Shown piece after piece: positions 60,099 to 64,000 of a stretch of DNA of 64,000 nt. The DNA is from Gammaproteobacteria bacterium. Lineage in GTDB: Bacteria; Pseudomonadota; Gammaproteobacteria; Eutrophobiales; Eutrophobiaceae. Numbering within the stretch: position 1 is the stretch's first letter; every line of letters starts with the position of its first letter. The stretch is from positions 992,001-1,056,000 of the forward strand of contig CBDCTH010000012.1 of NCBI GenBank assembly GCA_965222155.1, read 5' to 3'. The notes beneath the pieces are model-generated. The model did not search any database, was not told where the DNA came from, and was given only the letters and a program-made list of their open reading frames with translations. The position numbers were made by a program, and so were the translations under genes.

Positions 60099-61361
60099 TC
60101 AACGTTCCTGGCGAATGCTGTTTAAATACCAGCGGATAAAAGCAGCCACCTTCGCTTCCTGGGTGGAGTAGGGACCGGGCTGGTAGCGGCTGGACGATAT
60201 GCCTGCATTATTATCTTCGGTAATCCTCTTGTCCTGTCTGGTGGTTACATCCCAGACCCAGGCCAGGTTGTCCGGGTTGTAATCCACATTTTCCTCGGCG
60301 TCCTTGTGTACCAGCCAACTGAATTGTACGTCGGTATTGACGGCATCCCGCGGGGTGAAGCGCACCATCATCGCAAAGTCATTAAACGCCAGTATGTAAC
60401 CGATTGGATTGAATACAAATGCCGTTTCACCGCAATCATATTGCTTGAATTTACCCATTAATCTTTTACTGGCGGGTTTGCCGTCCCTGGTTTCAGAAGC
60501 AAAATTCCGATCGTTGATAGGCACTCTTGAGAACTCAGCAAAATCAATGGAATACTCGTCCCGTTCGAATTCACGGACAGGATGACCCATAGCCAGGGTC
60601 TTTTCAGTCCATTCATCCAATATGGGTTGGTACTTGTCCATTGCCTCCTGGGGGCCTGAGCCCGGGCCCGCTCCCAACGCAAGTAACTGGTCCTGGGGGT
60701 GAACACTGCAATATTCCGGATGCGACGGGGCACAGTGGTAACATTCGATAAAGTTTTCCACCACGAGTTTCCAGTTGCAGTGGTTCGGATAATCCCGTTT
60801 CACCGCGATCTTCGCGTCCCCGAAACCGTGAAAATCCAGCATTTCGTCGAAGGGCGCATACTCCTCGGTGAAATCCGGCGGAGCATCCTCGGACAGACAC
60901 ACGAAGATGAGGCCGTGGAAAACGGTTACGTGGCACTTATGCAGGTTGAACTGCGACCGGTCGAAACCGGCCGGCATTAACTGCGGCGGTCGCAATTCCC
61001 CGTTCAGGTTATAGGTCCAGGCATGGTAAGGGCAGGTGAGCAGCTTTTTATTCCCCTGTTGTTCCAGGCACACGCGTGAACCCCGGTGCCGGCAGACGTT
61101 AAAAAAAGCATTAATCCGCTGTTCGGACTCACGGATGAAAATGATGGACTCGTTTGCGATTTCAAACAGGAAGTAATCGCCCGGATTCGGGATACGCGAT
61201 TCATGGTCAACCAGGAGCCATCTCCGGAAGATCAGGCTCCCCATATCGTGGGCAAATATATCGGCTGACCGGTAAAACGCCTGGGGCAGGGTATAACCGT
61301 CCCGGCACTCTGCGATCATGCGGTCAATATCGGTCTTGATGACTGCGCTCATATTCAACAC
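60099..61361 (-). CDS. Rieske oxygenase alpha subunit (GbcA/Stc2-like quaternary-amine demethylase)
   Basis: NVCRHRG...CPYHAW; NWKLVVENFIECYHCAPSHPE; WDVTTRQD; YQPGPYS. Confidence 0.88.
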   Translation of the reverse strand: MLNMSAVIKTDIDRMIAECRDGYTLPQAFYRSADIFAHDMGSLIFRRWLLVDHESRIPNPGDYFLFEIANESIIFIRESEQRINAFFNVCRHRGSRVCLEQQGNKKLLTCPYHAWTYNLNGELRPPQLMPAGFDRSQFNLHKCHVTVFHGLIFVCLSEDAPPDFTEEYAPFDEMLDFHGFGDAKIAVKRDYPNHCNWKLVVENFIECYHCAPSHPEYCSVHPQDQLLALGAGPGSGPQEAMDKYQPILDEWTEKTLAMGHPVREFERDEYSIDFAEFSRVPINDRNFASETRDGKPASKRLMGKFKQYDCGETAFVFNPIGYILAFNDFAMMVRFTPRDAVNTDVQFSWLVHKDAEENVDYNPDNLAWVWDVTTRQDKRITEDNNAGISSSRYQPGPYSTQEAKVAAFIRWYLNSIRQER

Positions 61362-61526
61362 TCACAATAATGTAAATAGAAACTGATTTTCTACCGGGAC
61401 GCGCTGTATTGTCAAATTATGGGCGTGTCTGTATTCTTGTGGATGGTAGTGGTTATCATTAAGGAACCTCGAATAAGTCCGAGGTACCTTAAACCACTGT
61501 TCTATATTTCAACAGGGTAATAGACG

Positions 61527-62861
61527 ATGAGTACTACACCGGTATCCGACAATATGTTGAACCTTGAACCCTTCTGGTTGCCTTATACGGCAAATCGTGC
61601 TTTCAAGAATGCCCCGCGCATTATTGAATCAGCGCAGGGGTTTTATTACCGGACCCGGGATGGGCGGACTGTCCTTGACTCTTTCTCGGGGCTATGGAGT
61701 ACCGGCCTGGGACACTGCCATCCCAAAATCGTCAAGGCGGTGCAGGAACAGGTTGCCAGGCTGGATTATGCCGCAGCCTTCCAGGTTGCCCATGCCGGCG
61801 CGTTCGAGCTTGCGGAGAAGTTAATCAATTTTGCCCCGGATGGGTTTGACCACGTATTCTTCACTAACTCGGGTTCGGAATCCGTCGATACCGCCCTGAA
61901 GATAGCACTGGGCTGGCAGCGCGTACGCGGTGAGGGGACCCGCATCAAGCTGATCGGGCGCGAGAGAGGCTACCACGGCGTCAACTTTGGCGGGATGTCA
62001 GTGGGCGGTATTCCCGGAAACCGGAAAATGTTCGGTAACGCCATGCTGCCCAACGTGGATCATCTTCCCCATACCCTCGACCTGGAACATAACGCATTCA
62101 GCAAAGGGCAACCCCAATGGGGCCGGCACCTGGCCGATGAGTTGGAGCGCATTGTCGCGTTGCATGATGCGGAGAATATTGCAGCAGTGATCGTTGAACC
62201 GGTATCCGGTTCAGCCGGCGTACTGGTTCCTCCCCTGGGTTACCTGGAACGCTTACGGGAAATCTGTACGCAGTACGGTATCCTGCTAATCTTCGATGAA
62301 GTGATTACCGCATTTTATCGCATCGGCACGCCGTTCGGCTGTCAGCGCTTTGGCGTGATGCCGGACATCATCACCACTGCCAAGGGGATTACCAACGGGG
62401 TCATTCCCATGGGCGCGGTGCTGGTCAGTGATGATATCTACCGGAGCTTCATGAACGGTCCCGATCATGCTATCGAGTTTTTCCATGGGTATACCTATTC
62501 AGGTCATCCGGTAGCCGCTGCCGCAGGCCTCGCCGCACTGGATATTTATGTTGAGGAAGATATCGGCGCCAGAGTGAAACAGCTTGAGCCGTTGTTTGAG
62601 TCCGCACTACATGCTTTGCGGGACGCTCCCCACGTCATAGATATACGTAATTTCGGTCTGATGGGCGCTATTGAGATGAAACCGCGCCCCGGCGCGCCCG
62701 GCGCCCGGGGAATGGACGTCCACATTAAATGCTTTGAACAGGGTCTGATGGTGCGCCATGGCATGGACATACTGGCGTTCTCGCCTTTTTTAACTTCCAC
62801 GCCGGATTCGTTTGAGCAAACCTTCGATACTGTGCGCAAGGTTCTCAATACGATTGATTGA
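61527..62861 (+). CDS. Omega-amino acid:pyruvate aminotransferase (class III)
   Basis: FWLPYTANRAFK, SGLWS, NSGSESVDTALK, YHG, FDEVIT, TAKG, HGYTYSGHP. Confidence 0.92.
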   Translation: MSTTPVSDNMLNLEPFWLPYTANRAFKNAPRIIESAQGFYYRTRDGRTVLDSFSGLWSTGLGHCHPKIVKAVQEQVARLDYAAAFQVAHAGAFELAEKLINFAPDGFDHVFFTNSGSESVDTALKIALGWQRVRGEGTRIKLIGRERGYHGVNFGGMSVGGIPGNRKMFGNAMLPNVDHLPHTLDLEHNAFSKGQPQWGRHLADELERIVALHDAENIAAVIVEPVSGSAGVLVPPLGYLERLREICTQYGILLIFDEVITAFYRIGTPFGCQRFGVMPDIITTAKGITNGVIPMGAVLVSDDIYRSFMNGPDHAIEFFHGYTYSGHPVAAAAGLAALDIYVEEDIGARVKQLEPLFESALHALRDAPHVIDIRNFGLMGAIEMKPRPGAPGARGMDVHIKCFEQGLMVRHGMDILAFSPFLTSTPDSFEQTFDTVRKVLNTID

Positions 62862-62865
62862 TCCC

Positions 62866-62921
62866 GCCATTCCTGCGCAAGCAGGAATCCATGAGGTGGA
62901 TTCCCGCTTGTGCGGGGATGG
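62866..62921. repeat. Inverted REP doublet between convergent genes
   Basis: GCCATTCCTGCGCAAGCAGGAATCCAT-GAG-GTGGATTCCCGCTTGTGCGGGGATGG. Confidence 0.8.
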
Positions 62922-62931
62922 TGTGTGTGGG

Positions 62932-64000
62932 TTAACTCATATCCAGGACTTGACTGGCAGCACGCGCGCCTTCTTCCGCGGCCGTGGTCCAGAGTTGGGC
63001 GCCGGTCAGTTCGGAATGACCGAAGGCTATGCGGCCGAAAGGCTCACGGATCACATCACTGGGAGCCGGGTCGCCGTGTTTGCCAAAGTAAAACCCGGGC
63101 GGTGATACGACGTAAGCATGTCCCCAGCGGTTAGAGACGATGCCGGCGATATCGCGTTTGGCATCGAAACCGTAAGGGGAAAACATCTTTGTGAACTGTT
63201 CCCGCACGCCGCGTTCAACGTCTGCATAAGACAAACCGAACAATTGCATGCGGGCTGTGGTGGCCTGCTGCGGCATGGGGATGCCCGGGTTGCAGAATGA
63301 GTTGTACATGGTGAGCAGCGTCGGTTTGCCCGGGTCCAGGGGCATGGGTTCCTTGCCGTCAATGATCATTTGCCGGCGCAGGCTGAAGAACCACCCGTAG
63401 CCCTCAAACCAGCGTACCGCAGTCGCCCCCAGTTTTTCCAGGAACTTCCAGTTACGCAGCGCCACGTTGACGGTGTGTATGGGCGCATGATGGAAGGTTG
63501 CCATGGCCTCCTGGTATTCCGGTGGCAGGTCCTTGCAGACCAGGCGGTTTACCCATTGACCGCAGGCCATGACGACGTGTTTCGCCCTGACCTTGTGGAG
63601 TTTGCCGTCCCGGTAATAAATCACTGAAACACTTTTGGCGGAGTTGGGCGAACCATCGTGCGTCACCCCGGCCACGGTAGCGGACAGGCGCATGCGTGTC
63701 GGCTGGCCGGCCCGGTCCAGTTCGTTCCAGTTGACGTCATTAAACAGTACCGCCGATAACGAATTATTACCCTTGATGCCTGCCGGGATCATGGCCTTGA
63801 CGAAGTGGCGGGCGATACCTGTGTTGCCGCCCGGGAAACTGGCCAGGTAAACATATTCGGACGGATCTTCCAGGCCCGCATAGCGTTTGTAGGAAAGAAC
63901 GCCAGGTTGGACGAACTCGTAGGCGGAATATGCGGATATCACGTCCGCCCCCAGTCCGCAGCCCATGGCCGCGGTCTGCGGGTTGAGATAAGGTGCCACG
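62932..64000 (-). CDS. Spermidine dehydrogenase-like FAD oxidoreductase, 5' part outside the window
   Basis: FPGGNTGIARHFV, NVALRNW, FDAKRDIAGIVSNRWGHAY, PFGRIAFGHSEL. Confidence 0.78.
   Translation of the reverse strand, partial: VAPYLNPQTAAMGCGLGADVISAYSAYEFVQPGVLSYKRYAGLEDPSEYVYLASFPGGNTGIARHFVKAMIPAGIKGNNSLSAVLFNDVNWNELDRAGQPTRMRLSATVAGVTHDGSPNSAKSVSVIYYRDGKLHKVRAKHVVMACGQWVNRLVCKDLPPEYQEAMATFHHAPIHTVNVALRNWKFLEKLGATAVRWFEGYGWFFSLRRQMIIDGKEPMPLDPGKPTLLTMYNSFCNPGIPMPQQATTARMQLFGLSYADVERGVREQFTKMFSPYGFDAKRDIAGIVSNRWGHAYVVSPPGFYFGKHGDPAPSDVIREPFGRIAFGHSELTGAQLWTTAAEEGARAASQVLDMS

Noticed and set aside
1-64000. Retron, group II intron or complete DGR
   Set aside because: No reverse transcriptase motifs seen in any listed ORF.

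Overview
A heavily rearranged accessory region, probably from a gammaproteobacterium (inferred from gene content). Housekeeping-type genes at the left edge (DUF1820, sohB, an ABC exporter) and a tRNA-Ser(GGA) at 20967 are embedded in a patchwork of catabolic genes. These include three Rieske oxygenases, GMC and BBE-type oxidases, a BHMT-like methyltransferase, an omega-aminotransferase, spermidine dehydrogenase, and three unrelated dehalogenase-like enzymes. The window also holds seven toxin-antitoxin pairs, two orphan ParD antitoxins, a single-chain restriction-modification enzyme, an integron cassette remnant and many gene scraps. Three features are missed by the ORF track. (1) A selenocysteine (UxxC) peroxiredoxin-like gene lies at 9766-10236. 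(2) REP-type hairpins are built into non-autonomous IS-ended elements. One occurs both as an empty 149-bp foldback (12968-13116) and, inside an inverted duplicate of the same locus, wrapped around about 6.4 kb of defence cargo (42540-49076). An IS4 element with matching ends sits in a GGTCWGACC palindrome, and that motif marks many segment junctions. (3) Several genes have diverged second copies collapsed by internal deletions, two of them at 10-bp microhomologies. All family assignments come from motif recognition by eye; no database searches were run.
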